DNA of 64,000 nucleotides from Hadesarchaea archaeon (GTDB lineage Archaea; Hadarchaeota; Hadarchaeia; Hadarchaeales; Hadarchaeaceae), in NCBI GenBank assembly GCA_029259175.1, contig JAPDJH010000001.1, positions 32,001 through 96,000 of the forward strand, in the 5' to 3' direction. A model generated the notes under the pieces. It searched no databases. It worked only from the letters and a program-made list of their open reading frames with translations, and had not been told where the DNA came from. The translations under genes and the position numbers were made by a program. Positions 38,415 to 54,316 of this stretch are shown one piece after another; position 1 is the first letter of the stretch, and each line of letters starts with the position of its first letter.

Positions 38415-38822
38415 TTAGACCCCACCAGCGATTGTGAAAATCTTTGTGGAGCCCTTGTAGGTAAATCGAATCTCAGAGTTTTTCGGCACTGCCTCTGTAC
38501 AAGTAACAGTTATCTGCGTTCCACTATCGATATTGCCAGTACTGGGAGAAACCGAGGAAGTTATGTCAGTGCCGTCTGGTTTGTACACTTTAATGGTCAC
38601 AGCGGTCGCATCAAGCGGAGACGGAGAAACAGTGTCCACCACAAACAGTACTTGGGTATTGTCAGTGTCTGATACTTTTGGATATCCGGTTGTCGGAGTG
38701 ATTAAGAAGGATGGGCCCGTGCTCGTCACATAATATACTGCAATGGCCACGATCACTAGAACCGCTGCCAGCATCAGCAAGTACTCAGTCGCACCCTGAC
38801 CGCGCTTACTCAACATTTTCAT
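38415..38822 (-). CDS. Probable major pilin (class III signal peptide)
   Basis: KRGQGATEYLLMLAAVLVIVAIAVYYV; strong SD (GGAGGTG), upstream TTTTAAAA and downstream T-run. Confidence 0.85.
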   Translation of the reverse strand: MKMLSKRGQGATEYLLMLAAVLVIVAIAVYYVTSTGPSFLITPTTGYPKVSDTDNTQVLFVVDTVSPSPLDATAVTIKVYKPDGTDITSSVSPSTGNIDSGTQITVTCTEAVPKNSEIRFTYKGSTKIFTIAGGV

Positions 38823-38949
38823 TTTCTCACCACCTCCACAGGCTTTTTAAAACCCCCTTTAAAAGCATGTCCCCTCACATATGAGAAATACTCGACATTT
38901 TTGTAGGTTTTTTATCCGCAGAAAGCATTAGTAATCGAGGGGCAACCGC

Positions 38950-39522
38950 ATGCAACTTCTGACATCTGTCCAACACGGATCTACCGTGAAAAAAGCCCTG
39001 GAAAAAGCGGGTGCGGAACTCAACCGCGCTTTGGCCGAGATCCCGGGCCATATTTCAAAACTCGACGCAGATGTCGACTCCGGTTTTGCTGGGGCAACCG
39101 TCCGCATCGCCATTGCCGTTGACGAGCGCGACTTCAGACCCAAGTGCATCCTGTGGGCAAACGAGGGTGGTGGAAGCGCCCGCGAGGCCCTGCACAAGGC
39201 CCAGTCCCGGATAAACATGAAACTATCGAAACTTCAAGGAGAAATCGCCGACTTTTATCTCAAATTCATCACCACCCCTCTCAAGCGCACTTATGCCACC
39301 CTCATCGTAGCGGTAAACCACGTGGTCCCCCAGAAGCTAAAAGGTCTCCCCGGGCGAGAGCGGCGGGAGCGCCTAATGTCAATCCTCCGCCTACTTGGAA
39401 ACGACCCGCACACAATAAACATCGCAGGGGTCGCAAAAGCTTTCGGCGTTTCGCGCGATACCATCTACCACGATTTAGAGTTGCTCGGCTTCAAACGCCG
39501 CCCGGAGCCATTCCGGCAATAA
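38950..39522 (+). CDS. Hypothetical protein with C-terminal HTH
   Basis: INIAGVAKAFGVSRDTIYHDL. Confidence 0.7.
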   Translation: MQLLTSVQHGSTVKKALEKAGAELNRALAEIPGHISKLDADVDSGFAGATVRIAIAVDERDFRPKCILWANEGGGSAREALHKAQSRINMKLSKLQGEIADFYLKFITTPLKRTYATLIVAVNHVVPQKLKGLPGRERRERLMSILRLLGNDPHTINIAGVAKAFGVSRDTIYHDLELLGFKRRPEPFRQ

Positions 39523-40441
39523 TCATCTTAGCTAAATTGAACACCACGAGCGATGCAATCATGAAGCCTATCGAGTGCCCGATTCCCTTGGACATCTTTC
39601 CGTACCGAATCACTCCCACCGCGAGACCGCAGATAAAGGCTTGAATCGCCACATACAGCATCCCGATTGTCCCCATCTCAGGCGGGAGGCCTCGAGTCGC
39701 TGCTGCTCCAGCCACTTCTCCTCCTATCTGAATTCCTCCTACCCCAATAACCAGACCCACTATAAATGGGCATGCAAACAACGAAACTGCATACAAAAAC
39801 ATTACCTGCTGTGTGGTCAGAGACTTCCGCTCACGCTGAATCGCGTGTACCTCCTTGACGTCGTTGGCCACAGCCTCCAACACATTCGCCAGCGATGCTC
39901 CCCGCTCGATCCCCTCCACTATCAGATTGAACGCTCGCCAGTAGAGTGGCGAATATGACCGCCTCGCCATCGCCAGCAAAGCATTCTCGAGCGTCCTGCC
40001 GCGCTTGACCTCTGCAACCGCGCGCTCGAACTCCCTCGAGAGCTCCCCATAGTTCGACTTCGCTATGTCCTCGAGTGCTGCGTCCACCGACACTCCCGCT
40101 CGCAACGTCCCGGCCATTTGGCGCAAAGCATCTGGAAGAACACGCTCGAGCTCCTCTGCCCTTTTCCCGGCTAAGTATTTCGGAACCCACACAATCAGGG
40201 CAGGGAAAAACACAGCCGCTACGAGCGGAACGAGCACTGGTACGGGGAGTGGATAGTGGATGAAAAGCCCCAGAACCGACAAAACGGCACACAGCACTAT
40301 GGTCACCAAAATGGCAGTACTCACATATTCCTCCGCCGCGAGTGCGATCTTGGTAGACTCTAACCTCCGATCCAGATCTCGTAAAAACTTCTCCGGGAAA
40401 ACCCGCTTCACACCCGCTGAAAGTTTGGCCATCAGTCCCAT
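39491..40441 (-). CDS. Type II secretion system F / TadC-like membrane protein
   Basis: LPDALRQMA, YGELSREF, multiple TM helices. Confidence 0.9.
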   Translation of the reverse strand: MGLMAKLSAGVKRVFPEKFLRDLDRRLESTKIALAAEEYVSTAILVTIVLCAVLSVLGLFIHYPLPVPVLVPLVAAVFFPALIVWVPKYLAGKRAEELERVLPDALRQMAGTLRAGVSVDAALEDIAKSNYGELSREFERAVAEVKRGRTLENALLAMARRSYSPLYWRAFNLIVEGIERGASLANVLEAVANDVKEVHAIQRERKSLTTQQVMFLYAVSLFACPFIVGLVIGVGGIQIGGEVAGAAATRGLPPEMGTIGMLYVAIQAFICGLAVGVIRYGKMSKGIGHSIGFMIASLVVFNLAKMIIAGMAPGGV

Positions 40442-40444
40442 TGC

Positions 40445-41539
40445 TCACAACCTCGGCTCAAACCGCTTTATCATGAACACGAAATAAAACAACATAAATG
40501 GGAGCAGGACGAGGTAGAGCACGCCAGCCGTCTGCGGCGGCATCCCTCCTCCACCTCTGCTGCTCATGATCATCAGCACGACCATCAACATGGATGGGAC
40601 TACAGCGGAAGCGAACATGTAAATCATAGTCATCAAGTTGAGCGACTGAACATAGTCGCGTAACTTCATTCGCATCTCGTATGCTGTCTCATCCGCCAGC
40701 ACGTTGAGTGTGCGTGAGAGATCACCTCCGGTTCTCAAAGTTCTCAATATTTGCCTGATCGCCCTGCGCAGCGGTTCCGAGTTCACGCGCTGATCAAGCG
40801 CCTCCAGCGCTTCTTCCATGCTCATCCCAGCATTAACATCATGGATGGTGCGTCCGAACTCTTCCGACAAAGCCCCGTAGTCAGCGGTGCTGACAGAAAC
40901 CATCGTCTCTGGTAACCCAATTCCCGAGGTCAGCTGAGTTGCCATGTGTCTGAGCGCATATGGTAACATCCGATTTACCTCGACCGATCTGGCAAATGCG
41001 CGTCTCCGCGGATAAGACTTTCCGATGGCAAAAGTGAAGAGGAAGCCCATAAAGCCGGCCAATATAGCAAACACAACTGGGAGTCTAAGCAAAAAACCGA
41101 ACACGATTCCCGTAATACCAGCTATCATGCCAGCACCAATAACGAACGCCACATAACGCTCCGGAGCGATATTCATATTCGCACGGTAGAGATCAGCAGA
41201 CAATCCCTTGAACGACGACACCAGCTTATCGGCGGGTTTTCTGAGAATACCGTAAAAGAGATCGGAGAGCCGTTCAGAGAGCGGGCGCTTGAGTTCCTCC
41301 CGCTCCTCCCAGCGCTCTTCCTCGCGTGCACGCATTTCCTCACGGATCTCTTCCTCACGCATCAGCTCCAGTCGCTTGATCTCCAGCAATCGGCGCGTCA
41401 GCTCATCCTTGGGCTTGATCTCCTCCGCTTGCTTCACAGGGATTACTCGCCCTGTCCTTTCCCCGGTGCGGATCACGAAATCTCCAATAGCTGTGAAGAA
41501 CCGGGAGAGAGATAGCTTCTTGCGTTTTCGGCGCGGCAC
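40445..41539 (-). CDS. Type II secretion system F / TadB-like membrane protein
   Basis: LPYALRHMA, DYGALSEEF, GGDLS. Confidence 0.9.
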   Translation of the reverse strand: MPRRKRKKLSLSRFFTAIGDFVIRTGERTGRVIPVKQAEEIKPKDELTRRLLEIKRLELMREEEIREEMRAREEERWEEREELKRPLSERLSDLFYGILRKPADKLVSSFKGLSADLYRANMNIAPERYVAFVIGAGMIAGITGIVFGFLLRLPVVFAILAGFMGFLFTFAIGKSYPRRRAFARSVEVNRMLPYALRHMATQLTSGIGLPETMVSVSTADYGALSEEFGRTIHDVNAGMSMEEALEALDQRVNSEPLRRAIRQILRTLRTGGDLSRTLNVLADETAYEMRMKLRDYVQSLNLMTMIYMFASAVVPSMLMVVLMIMSSRGGGGMPPQTAGVLYLVLLPFMLFYFVFMIKRFEPRL

Positions 41540-41550
41540 AGAGGCACACC

Positions 41551-43227
41551 TTATCGCTCACTCTTTACTCGCTTCAGGATCGCATCAGGATCTTGATAGT
41601 ACTCTTGGATCACCTTGCCAACCTCGAAGATGTTCCGGATGTTACGTTTTTTCATCCACTCCAACACGGCTGCGCGCTTCTCGATTTCGATTTCGATTTC
41701 CTTGCCGCTCATCCCGCTGAACTCCGCGATAGTCCGCTTGACCTTGCTCGGCACCCCCGTGGGCTCCAGCTTGTCGGCTCGCGGGTTCCACTTGAATATC
41801 CGGCTCAGCTGTGGCTGTCCCCCCTCGATCCCCGTTATCTCCGCCACCTCGGTAACCCGCCTTATCTGGCCCCGCTGACGGTGGTAAATCCTGTTTTGCA
41901 TGATTATCATATCGAGAGCAGGGAGCATTATCGGCGGTACGGACATGGGCGGCTCTATCAGGCGCGTCACCGTCTCCGCGGCCGAGTTGGCGTGCAGAGT
42001 TCCCATGCATCCATCGTGGCCTGTGTTCATTGCCGTGAACATGGTTCTGGCCTCCGGCCCTCTGACTTCACCCACAATCATTCGATCGGGACGCATTCGA
42101 AGCGCGTTCTTAACCAAATCATCCATCGTGATCTCCCCGCGCCCTTCCACGTTGGGCGGTCTTGTCTCCAGCCTCACCCAGTGCTTGTGGGGGAGCTGGA
42201 GTTCGGCCGTGTCCTCGATGGAAATAATCCGCTCACGCCCGGGAACGAATGTCGTCGCCGCATTCAGAGTGGTTGTTTTCCCGCTCCCCGTGCCGCCCGA
42301 AATCAGTATGTTTGCTGGCTTCACCCCCATACCGTCCACGGCCAGCCACAGAAAGGCTGCGAAATCGACCGACATGGTTCCAAAGTTGATAATATCGATA
42401 ATCGTCAACGGATCCCTCCTGAACTTTCGGACAGAGATCGTCGGCCCATCGAGAGAAACAGGGGGGATTGTGGCATTGACACGACTTCCGTCCGGCAGCC
42501 TCGCGTCCAACAAGGGAGTCTGCTGATCAATACGTCTACCTACCAGCCGAGCCATCTTATCGATAAGATACTTTATCGAGTCCTCGTCATGGAACACTAT
42601 GTTCGTATAACACATGCCATGCTTGCGGTGGTACACGTACACCGGTCTGCCCACACCGGTCACCATTATGTCCTCTAACTGGTCATCAGCGAGCAGAGGA
42701 TCCAGCAATCCAAAACCGATCATCTCGTGAACGATCAATTCACCCAGCTCCTTCAGGCGGCCAGGAGGGATCCGCAACCCTCTGCTCTCCCGTTCAAGAA
42801 TACGCAGAACTTCTTGCGTGAACACCCGGTTCAGCTCCTCCGGACTGAGCTGGGAAGGATCAACCCTTATCTCTTCCACCGCCCGATCCTTTACTTTCGC
42901 AAGCAACTCTCGTTCACGCTGGGAGAGTTCCGGGATCTTGAGCTTGTAGAACGGGATAGGCTCGTCCGTCGCCCAAATCTCCACCTTCCCGTATCGATCC
43001 AGCATCTTGTGACCGGCTGGTGCCTTTTCTATGGCCGCTATAGAAACGGTTGGTCTCGCCGGCTTCTCAACCACTTCTTCTTTTTCTACCGGGATAGCTT
43101 CTGGCGCTGGTGCAGGGACCTCTCCTAGGATTTCCGATAGAAGGCCTCCTTCGCCTGAGCCGAAGGGGCCCAATCCGGATTTCTTACCTGCTTTTCCTTT
43201 GCTTGATTTCTTGGTCTTTTTGGGCAT
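41551..43227 (-). CDS. CpaF/TadA-type pilus assembly ATPase
   Basis: GGTGSGKTT, IEDTAEL, LRMRPDR, GEVRG and TGH motifs; start moved to ATG 43227 to avoid the tRNA overlap. Confidence 0.94.
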   Translation of the reverse strand: MPKKTKKSSKGKAGKKSGLGPFGSGEGGLLSEILGEVPAPAPEAIPVEKEEVVEKPARPTVSIAAIEKAPAGHKMLDRYGKVEIWATDEPIPFYKLKIPELSQRERELLAKVKDRAVEEIRVDPSQLSPEELNRVFTQEVLRILERESRGLRIPPGRLKELGELIVHEMIGFGLLDPLLADDQLEDIMVTGVGRPVYVYHRKHGMCYTNIVFHDEDSIKYLIDKMARLVGRRIDQQTPLLDARLPDGSRVNATIPPVSLDGPTISVRKFRRDPLTIIDIINFGTMSVDFAAFLWLAVDGMGVKPANILISGGTGSGKTTTLNAATTFVPGRERIISIEDTAELQLPHKHWVRLETRPPNVEGRGEITMDDLVKNALRMRPDRMIVGEVRGPEARTMFTAMNTGHDGCMGTLHANSAAETVTRLIEPPMSVPPIMLPALDMIIMQNRIYHRQRGQIRRVTEVAEITGIEGGQPQLSRIFKWNPRADKLEPTGVPSKVKRTIAEFSGMSGKEIEIEIEKRAAVLEWMKKRNIRNIFEVGKVIQEYYQDPDAILKRVKSER

Positions 43228-43382
43228 TCGACACCGCCATATCTTTTTTTCATTCGGTAAAAAAGTGTTTTTTACAGAAAATAAACTAAGAAGAAAGCTT
43301 TTTAAAACCCTGCTGTTGAAAAGCATATATCGATATAAATCGTGAAAAAGCAAGGATAGGATGATGCCCTTGTACGATTTCT

Positions 43383-43457
43383 GGGCCCGTAGCGCAGTCT
43401 GGCTAGCGCACCGGCCTTTTAAGCCGGGAGTCGTGGGTTCGAATCCCACCGGGCCCG
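43383..43457 (+). tRNA. tRNA-Lys(TTT)
   Basis: GGGCCCG acceptor, CCGGC-CT-TTT-AA-GCCGG, GTTCGAATCC. Confidence 0.96.
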
Positions 43458-43477
43458 CTCACTAGAGGTGACAAGAG

Positions 43478-43717
43478 ATGAAGGAGATAGACATTCTAAA
43501 ACACGAACTCGTCCCGAAACACGAAATCTTAAAGCCAGAAGAAGTGAAAAAATTAATGGAAGAGTATAAAATACAGCCCCACCAATTACCATGGATTCGA
43601 TCAGGAGATCCCGTTGTCAAGAGAATAGGAGCGAAAGTGGGTGATGTAATCAAAATCACCCGAGAAAGCCCAACAGCCGGCAAAACGATTGCATACCGAT
43701 ACGTGGTGGAGGGATAA
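43478..43717 (+). CDS. rpoH: RNA polymerase subunit Rpo5 (H)
   Basis: HELVPKH, QLPWI and RESPTAG motifs. Confidence 0.96.
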   Translation: MKEIDILKHELVPKHEILKPEEVKKLMEEYKIQPHQLPWIRSGDPVVKRIGAKVGDVIKITRESPTAGKTIAYRYVVEG

Positions 43718-43718
43718 A

Positions 43719-46700
43719 ATGAAAGACACGTGGCCATGTGTTGAAGCCTTTTTTAAGGAAAAGGGACTTGTTCGTCAACACTTAGACTCTTACAACGATT
43801 TTATCGAGCGCGGGCTTCAGCAGGTGATCGATGAGATCGGCGGGATAGATCTCGATGTCGAGGGTGTCCGCGTAGAGTTCGGGCGTGTGCGTCTGGGAGA
43901 ACCCGTATCCCACGAAGCTGACGGATCAACTCCTGATTTGTGGCCGAATGAGGCCCGATTAAGAAACCTCAGCTACACCGCACCCCTCTATCTTGAAATG
44001 TCGCTGGTTATCCACGGCGAAAAACTTCCACCCGAAGAAGTCTACATCGGAGAGCTCCCAATTATGCTCAAGTCCAAAATATGCAGGTTGTACGGGTGCT
44101 CGGAAGAAGAACTGATCCAACACGGGGAGGATCCACTAGATCCCGGTGGATACTTCATTATCAACGGATCAGAGCGAGTGATAGTGGCTCAAGAAGATCT
44201 AGCGTCCAACACGGTTCTAGTGGAACTCGATGAACGAGTTGGGACAGAAGTAGCAAAAGTCTTCTCAAGCCACCGCGGATTCCGTGCGTTCGTCGTCGTT
44301 GAGAGGAAGAGAGAGGGATTGCTGCGGATCTCCTTCCCGGCCATACCCGGTCAGGTGCCATTCGTCATAATCATGCGAGCTCTGGGGCTGGAAAGCGACA
44401 AAGAAATCGTTGAAGCCGTTTCGGAAAGGGAAGAGATATTCAAAGAACTCATGGAAAACCTACAGGAGGCTGCAGAAATCAAGACACGGGAAGATGCACT
44501 CGACTTCATCGGAAAGCGTGTAGCTATCGGCCAGCCAAAGGACTACCGGCTCCAGCGCGCGCAAGAAGTTCTAGACAAATACCTGCTCCCACACATCGGA
44601 ACAACACCCGATGCTAGGCTCAACAAAGCTTATTATCTTGGACGGATGGCTGAGCAAGTAATAGAACTCGCGCGTGGCGAGCGTGCTCCTGATGATAAGG
44701 ATCACTACGCTAACAAACGGTTGAAATTGGCTGGGGATTTGCTGGAAAACATTTTCCGGCTTGCTTTCTTGAATTTGGTAAAAGATATCAAATACCAGCT
44801 GGAGCGGGCAGTGACGCGTGGAAGAGAACTTCAGCTCAAAAACGCTACTCGAGCGGATGTTTTGACTGAGCGGATTCGCCACGCGCTCGCCACTGGGAAC
44901 TGGCCCGGAGGACGAACGGGAATAAGCCAACTGCTCGACCGCACGAACTACATTGCCACTGTATCCCACTTGCGCCGTGTCGTGTCGCCTCTAAGCCGGA
45001 GCCAGCCACACTTCGAGGCTCGTGATCTCCACTCAACTCACTGGGGCAAAATCTGTCCAGCTGAAACACCGGAGGGGCCCAACTGTGGTTTGGTGAAGAA
45101 CCTAGCGCTCACTGCAGAGATCTCTATCGGCACATCAGAGGAAAAAGTGGAAAAAGTGCTCCACAGACTCGGAGTGAAGAAAATCACAAAAAGTAGCGAA
45201 CGAAAAGGGAAAACTGCTGTTTATATCAACGGTAGACTTGTCGGCATCACCGACAACGGTGTCGAGTTGGCACGTAAGATACGCGAATATCGGCGAAAGG
45301 GAGAACTCGATGAACAAGTAAATGTGACGTACAAAGTTGACACGGACGAGGTCAAAATAAACACAGATGCTGGCAGAATCCGCCGGCCGGTGATCGTGGT
45401 TGAAAACGGAAAACCAGCACTCACGGACGAAATAATAGAGCAGGTCGAGCGCGGCGAACTCACCTGGAACGACTTGATAAAAAGAGGCATTGTGGAATAT
45501 CTAGACGCAGATGAAGAAGAAAACGCATACATAGCTGTGTACCCGGAAGAAGTCACGCCCGCACACACGCACTTAGAACTCCACCCACTAACAATCCTCG
45601 GTGTCTCAGCAGCGCTTGTTCCCTATGCAGAACACAATCAGTCCCCCCGCAACACCTATGGAGCCAACATGGCAAAGCAGGCACTTGGTCTCGGATTCAC
45701 AAACCTGCATACAAGAGTTGACACTCGCGGCCACTTCTATCATTATCCACAGGTGCCTCTCGTGAAAACGAAAATCATGGATGTACTGGGATTCGACAAG
45801 CGCCCCGCAGGACAGAACTTGGTGGTCGCCATCGCCACATACGGGGGATACAACATGGAAGATGCCATCATCATCAATCGAGCCACCATTGACCGTGGCA
45901 CTGGCCGCACCACATTTTATCGGACATACGAAGCCGAAGAAATCCGATATCCGGGAGGCCAGTTCGATAAATTCGAGATTCCGAGTGAGGAAATTCGCGG
46001 ATATGCGGACGCCTCCTTTTACAGAAACTTGGGAGAGGACGGCGTAATCGAAGTAGAGCGAGAGGTCAAGGGAGAAGACGTGCTTATCGGAAAAACGAGT
46101 CCCCCACGGTTCTTAGAAGAAATCGGTGAGCTAGCAGCCGCTGGTGAAAAAAGACGGGAGAGTTCGGTGCGTGTAAGACCCAACGAACAAGGCATTTCTG
46201 ACATGGTTCTAAAAACGACCACACCAGACGGGACCAATTTTGTAAAAGTTCGCGTTCGGGATTTGCGAATCCCTGAGCTGGGAGATAAATTTGCTTCCAG
46301 ACATGGACAGAAAGGAGTAATAGGACTAATCCTAGATGCAGCAGACATGCCGTTTACCGAAGATGGACTCATCCCCGACATCATAATCAATCCGCACGCC
46401 ATTCCCTCAAGAATGTCTGTAGGGATGTTGTTAGAAATGATTGCCGGCAAGGTCGGAGCTATGCTCGGGAAACGGATGGACGGAACTACCTTTAGCAATG
46501 TGCCCGAAAGAGAGCTCCGCAGGATGTTGAAGGAACTCGGGTTCAAACACACTGGCAAGGAAGTCATGTACAACGGAATTACCGGGGAGCTGATCCCCGT
46601 GGACATATTCATCGGCGTTTGTTACTATCAGAAGCTTCACCACATGGTCCAAGACAAGATCCATGCACGCGCGCACGGTCCCATCCAAGTGCTCACGCAC

Positions 46701-47018
46701 CAGCCCACAGAGGGGCGAGCACGAGAAGGCGGTCTGCGATTCGGCGAGATGGAGCGGGACTGTTTGATCGGCCATGGCGCCGCCATGTTGTTAAAGGAAA
46801 GACTGCTAGACGCCTCTGATCTGTATCGAGCGCTTGTCTGTGGAAAGTGCGGCAACCTTGCATATTATGACGTGAAAAAAGACACTCCCGTGTGCAGACT
46901 GTGTGGTGAGGAGTCGGACATCCACGAGGTGGAAATGTCTTATGCATTCAAATTGTTATTGGACGAGCTGAAATCGATGGGGCTCATGCCACGAATAAAA
47001 ACTAGAGAGAGGGTGTAG
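43719..47018 (+). CDS. rpoB: RNA polymerase subunit Rpo2 (B), unsplit
   Basis: [39 protein letters not shown]. Confidence 0.97.
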   Translation: MKDTWPCVEAFFKEKGLVRQHLDSYNDFIERGLQQVIDEIGGIDLDVEGVRVEFGRVRLGEPVSHEADGSTPDLWPNEARLRNLSYTAPLYLEMSLVIHGEKLPPEEVYIGELPIMLKSKICRLYGCSEEELIQHGEDPLDPGGYFIINGSERVIVAQEDLASNTVLVELDERVGTEVAKVFSSHRGFRAFVVVERKREGLLRISFPAIPGQVPFVIIMRALGLESDKEIVEAVSEREEIFKELMENLQEAAEIKTREDALDFIGKRVAIGQPKDYRLQRAQEVLDKYLLPHIGTTPDARLNKAYYLGRMAEQVIELARGERAPDDKDHYANKRLKLAGDLLENIFRLAFLNLVKDIKYQLERAVTRGRELQLKNATRADVLTERIRHALATGNWPGGRTGISQLLDRTNYIATVSHLRRVVSPLSRSQPHFEARDLHSTHWGKICPAETPEGPNCGLVKNLALTAEISIGTSEEKVEKVLHRLGVKKITKSSERKGKTAVYINGRLVGITDNGVELARKIREYRRKGELDEQVNVTYKVDTDEVKINTDAGRIRRPVIVVENGKPALTDEIIEQVERGELTWNDLIKRGIVEYLDADEEENAYIAVYPEEVTPAHTHLELHPLTILGVSAALVPYAEHNQSPRNTYGANMAKQALGLGFTNLHTRVDTRGHFYHYPQVPLVKTKIMDVLGFDKRPAGQNLVVAIATYGGYNMEDAIIINRATIDRGTGRTTFYRTYEAEEIRYPGGQFDKFEIPSEEIRGYADASFYRNLGEDGVIEVEREVKGEDVLIGKTSPPRFLEEIGELAAAGEKRRESSVRVRPNEQGISDMVLKTTTPDGTNFVKVRVRDLRIPELGDKFASRHGQKGVIGLILDAADMPFTEDGLIPDIIINPHAIPSRMSVGMLLEMIAGKVGAMLGKRMDGTTFSNVPERELRRMLKELGFKHTGKEVMYNGITGELIPVDIFIGVCYYQKLHHMVQDKIHARAHGPIQVLTHQPTEGRAREGGLRFGEMERDCLIGHGAAMLLKERLLDASDLYRALVCGKCGNLAYYDVKKDTPVCRLCGEESDIHEVEMSYAFKLLLDELKSMGLMPRIKTRERV

Positions 47019-47020
47019 AG

Positions 47021-51119
<4,099 letters not shown>

Positions 51120-51123
<4 letters not shown>

Positions 51124-51548
51124 TTCGGCTCACTGCGGAAGAAATCAGACACATCGGATTGTTTGAGAGCTTGACGGGGGTTGAAGTCAAAGACTGTGTG
51201 ATAGATGAAGAAAAGGATTTCATAACTTTTCTGGTCAAAGAAAACCAAGTGGCCAAAGCAGTTGGAAGAAACGGAAGCAAGATCCGGCGAATACAACGCG
51301 TGCTCGGGAAAAACATAGAGGTAGTCGAGTTCTCTGAGAATCCCGAAAAGTTCGTTAGGAATATTCTGGCCCCGGCCAAACTAGACAGAGTCGAGATAAT
51401 CGAAAGGGAAAATGGTGAAAGAATCGCAGTCGTTTACGTGGACTTTCAAAATCGTAAGCTTGTTATAGGAAAGAGAGGACGCAAGATCAATAACGCGAAA
51501 AAACTGGCTCTGCGGCATTTCAACATCGCAAACATCGTGCTCAAATGA
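51120..51548 (+). CDS. nusA: Archaeal NusA (KH domains)
   Basis: FESLTG...DC and two GxxG KH motifs; conserved operon position. Confidence 0.93.
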
Positions 51549-51596
51549 TGAGGTTTTTAACTGCAGAACCATCTATAATTAGTTTAGGTAGGTCAA

Positions 51597-52031
51597 ATGA
51601 AATCCCCAACCGGTGAATTTGCGGCGAGAAAACTGGCGGTGACTAGGCAACGGTTTAGATGGAAGAGCGAGCGATATAAACGGCGCATGCTTCGACTAAA
51701 GGAAAAACACGATCCACTGGAGGGAGCGCCACAAGCACGTGGGATAGTGCTGGAAAAAGTGGGGATCGAAGCGCGCCAGCCCAACTCGGCAATAAGGAAA
51801 TGTGTGAGAGTCCAGCTGATCAAAAACGGAAAACAGGTGACAGCCTTTGCCCCTGGAGATGGGGCTATCAACTTCATCGAGGAACACGACGAGGTAATAA
51901 TCGAGGGAATTGGAGGAAGAAAAGGAAAATCGTATGGGGACCTGCCGGGTGTTCGCTACCGGGTGGTAAAAGTCAATGGGGTGTCTCTGAAAGAGCTGAT
52001 CAAAGGAAAGAAAGAAAAGCCCACAAGGTGA
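51597..52031 (+). CDS. rps12: 30S ribosomal protein S12
   Basis: [13 protein letters not shown] and GDLPGVRY motifs. Confidence 0.97.
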   Translation: MKSPTGEFAARKLAVTRQRFRWKSERYKRRMLRLKEKHDPLEGAPQARGIVLEKVGIEARQPNSAIRKCVRVQLIKNGKQVTAFAPGDGAINFIEEHDEVIIEGIGGRKGKSYGDLPGVRYRVVKVNGVSLKELIKGKKEKPTR

Positions 52032-52639
52032 AGACCGTGTTCAAGTACTTTGGTGAGTGGGATGCGGAAGGCGTGGAGATAAAGGACCCGGGGCTGCGCC
52101 GATATATCGTGCTGGAGCCCAAGCTCGTGTTGCACACATGTGGGCGGCATGCCAACAAACAATTCGCCAAAGCACAGGTCAACATCGTGGAGCGGCTCAT
52201 CAACAAGCTCATGAAGTCAGGTCCCGGAGTCAAAAAACTCCGAGGGAAGTTCATACGCGGGGGGAAGGCCTGCGGAAAAAAACAAAAGACGTACAACATA
52301 GTCAAACGGGCGTTCAAGATCATCGCAGAACGAACAGGAAAGAACCCCGTGCAGGTATTGGTGGATGCGATTCAAAACTCTGCCCCGCGCGAAGAAACCA
52401 CAAGGATCACTTATGGAGGGATTACTTACTACGTGGCGGTGGACGCGGCGCCCCAGCGCAGGGTTGATACGGCGCTGAAAAACATCGCGGCGGGGGCTTA
52501 TGCTGCTTCCTTCAAAAACAAAACCCCCATCGAAGAATGTTTGGCAGAGGAAATAATCCTCGCGGCAAACAACGATGTGAAAAGCTTCGCCGTGTCACAA
52601 AAAGAAGAAATCGAGCGAATAGCGAAAGGAGCTAGGTAA
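52028..52639 (+). CDS. rps7: 30S ribosomal protein S7
   Basis: [23 protein letters not shown]; GTG start overlapping the rps12 stop. Confidence 0.95.
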   Translation: MKTVFKYFGEWDAEGVEIKDPGLRRYIVLEPKLVLHTCGRHANKQFAKAQVNIVERLINKLMKSGPGVKKLRGKFIRGGKACGKKQKTYNIVKRAFKIIAERTGKNPVQVLVDAIQNSAPREETTRITYGGITYYVAVDAAPQRRVDTALKNIAAGAYAASFKNKTPIEECLAEEIILAANNDVKSFAVSQKEEIERIAKGAR

Positions 52640-52701
52640 AACTATTTATAGGCGTGGATAGAAAAAATGGCGAAATAATTGAAAAAGGAGGGAGGTGAAG
52701 T

Positions 52702-53964
52702 ATGGCAAAGCCGCACCTGAACTTGGTGACGATTGGCCACGTAGACCACGGGAAGTCCACCCTGATGGGCCGACTGCTCTACGAGACCGGTGCCGTCAAA
52801 GAGGAAGACATCAAGAAGTTCGAGGCCATGGGTGACAAAGGGAAGACCTTCAAGTTCGCGTGGGTCATGGACGGTCTCAAAGAGGAGCGTGAGCGCGGAC
52901 TGACCATCGATCTCGCGCACAAGAAGTTCGAGAGCTCCAAGTACTATTTCACTATCATCGACGCACCGGGACACCGTGACTTCGTTAAGAACATGATCAC
53001 CGGGGCCAGCCAGGCAGACGCTGCCATTTTGGTGGTTGCTGCAGACGACGGCATCATGCCGCAGACGCGCGAGCACGCTGCGCTGGCGTTCACTCTGGGA
53101 GTGGGACAGATGATAGTAGTGATCAACAAGATGGATCTGGTGGACTACAAGCAGGACGTTTACAACAAGCTCAAGCAAGAAGTGACAGAGCTGCTCAAAA
53201 CGGTCGGATACAAGAACGCCGAAAAGTTCCCCTTCATTCCAGCTGCGGCGTTCCACGGGGAGAACGTGACCAAGCGCAGTGAAAAAATGAAGTGGTACAA
53301 CGGCCCCACCGTGCTCGAGTCTCTCGACACGTTCGAAGTTCCGCCCAAGCCTGTGGATAAGCCGCTCCGAATCCCAGTTCAAGACGTGTATTCCATTACC
53401 GGTGTCGGTACGGTTCCTGTGGGGCGCGTCGAAACAGGGGTGCTCAAAGTCGGTGACGCCGTGGTGTTCGAGCCAGCGGGAGTGAAGGGAGATGTGAAGT
53501 CCATCGAGATGCACCACGAGTCCATCCAGCAGGCAGAGCCGGGAGACAACATCGGGTTCAACGTGCGCGGAGTTGCAAAGGACCAGATCAGGCGTGGAGA
53601 CGTAGTCGGACACCCCAACAGTCCACCCACAGTGGTGAAGGAGTTCAAGGCTCGGATAGCGGTGCTGCAGCACCCAACAGCCATTTCCGCAGGATACACG
53701 CCGGTGTTCCACGTGCACACAGCGCAAGCAGCCTGCAAGATCACTCAGATCGTGAACAAGCTGGATCCGAAGACCGGAGAGCCCGTCGAGGAGAATCCAC
53801 AGTTCATCAAGCGCGGAGATATGGCAACGATCGTGGTGACTCCGACCAAGCCGCTGGTGATCGAGAAAGCATCGGAGATCCCACAGCTCAGCAGATTCGC
53901 AATCCGAGATATGGGGATGACGATCGCAGCCGGGGTCTGCGTGGACGTGACTCCAGCAAGGTGA
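52702..53964 (+). CDS. tuf: Elongation factor 1-alpha (canonical copy)
   Basis: [26 protein letters not shown]; lies between rps7 and rps10 with a strong SD. Confidence 0.97.
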   Translation: MAKPHLNLVTIGHVDHGKSTLMGRLLYETGAVKEEDIKKFEAMGDKGKTFKFAWVMDGLKEERERGLTIDLAHKKFESSKYYFTIIDAPGHRDFVKNMITGASQADAAILVVAADDGIMPQTREHAALAFTLGVGQMIVVINKMDLVDYKQDVYNKLKQEVTELLKTVGYKNAEKFPFIPAAAFHGENVTKRSEKMKWYNGPTVLESLDTFEVPPKPVDKPLRIPVQDVYSITGVGTVPVGRVETGVLKVGDAVVFEPAGVKGDVKSIEMHHESIQQAEPGDNIGFNVRGVAKDQIRRGDVVGHPNSPPTVVKEFKARIAVLQHPTAISAGYTPVFHVHTAQAACKITQIVNKLDPKTGEPVEENPQFIKRGDMATIVVTPTKPLVIEKASEIPQLSRFAIRDMGMTIAAGVCVDVTPAR

Positions 53965-54004
53965 GTTTTTTAATCCCCTTTTCATCTAATTTTGGGGGCA
54001 GTCT

Positions 54005-54316
54005 ATGCAAAAGGCGAGAATAAAGCTAGCTAGCACTGACATCGAAAAGCTGAATCATGTGTGCGAACAGATAATCGACATAGCGAGGAGAGTGGGGATC
54101 GAGAAGTCCGGACCCATACCCCTGCCCACCAAGCGGATAAAGGTGGTTACGCGAAAATCACCCGATGGAGAGGGAACAGCCACTTTCGACCGCTGGGAGA
54201 TGCGAATACACAAGAGGCTCATCGACATAAAAGCAGACGATCGCGCGTTGAGACAGCTCATGCGTATCCAGATCCCCGAGGAAGTGTCAATCGAGATAGA
54301 GCTCAAATCGAAGTAA
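54005..54316 (+). CDS. rps10: 30S ribosomal protein S10
   Basis: [22 protein letters not shown]. Confidence 0.97.
   Translation: MQKARIKLASTDIEKLNHVCEQIIDIARRVGIEKSGPIPLPTKRIKVVTRKSPDGEGTATFDRWEMRIHKRLIDIKADDRALRQLMRIQIPEEVSIEIELKSK

Noticed and set aside
43228-43449. 74-aa N-terminal extension of the TadA ATPase in the ORF track
   Set aside because: It overlaps tRNA-Lys and an AT-rich promoter region; the ATG at 43227 is more plausible
52642-53985. Long antisense ORFs (447 aa opposite tuf; similar ones opposite pheA, tyrA and tadA)
   Set aside because: Shadow ORFs expected from GC-rich codon usage in well-supported genes; no motifs
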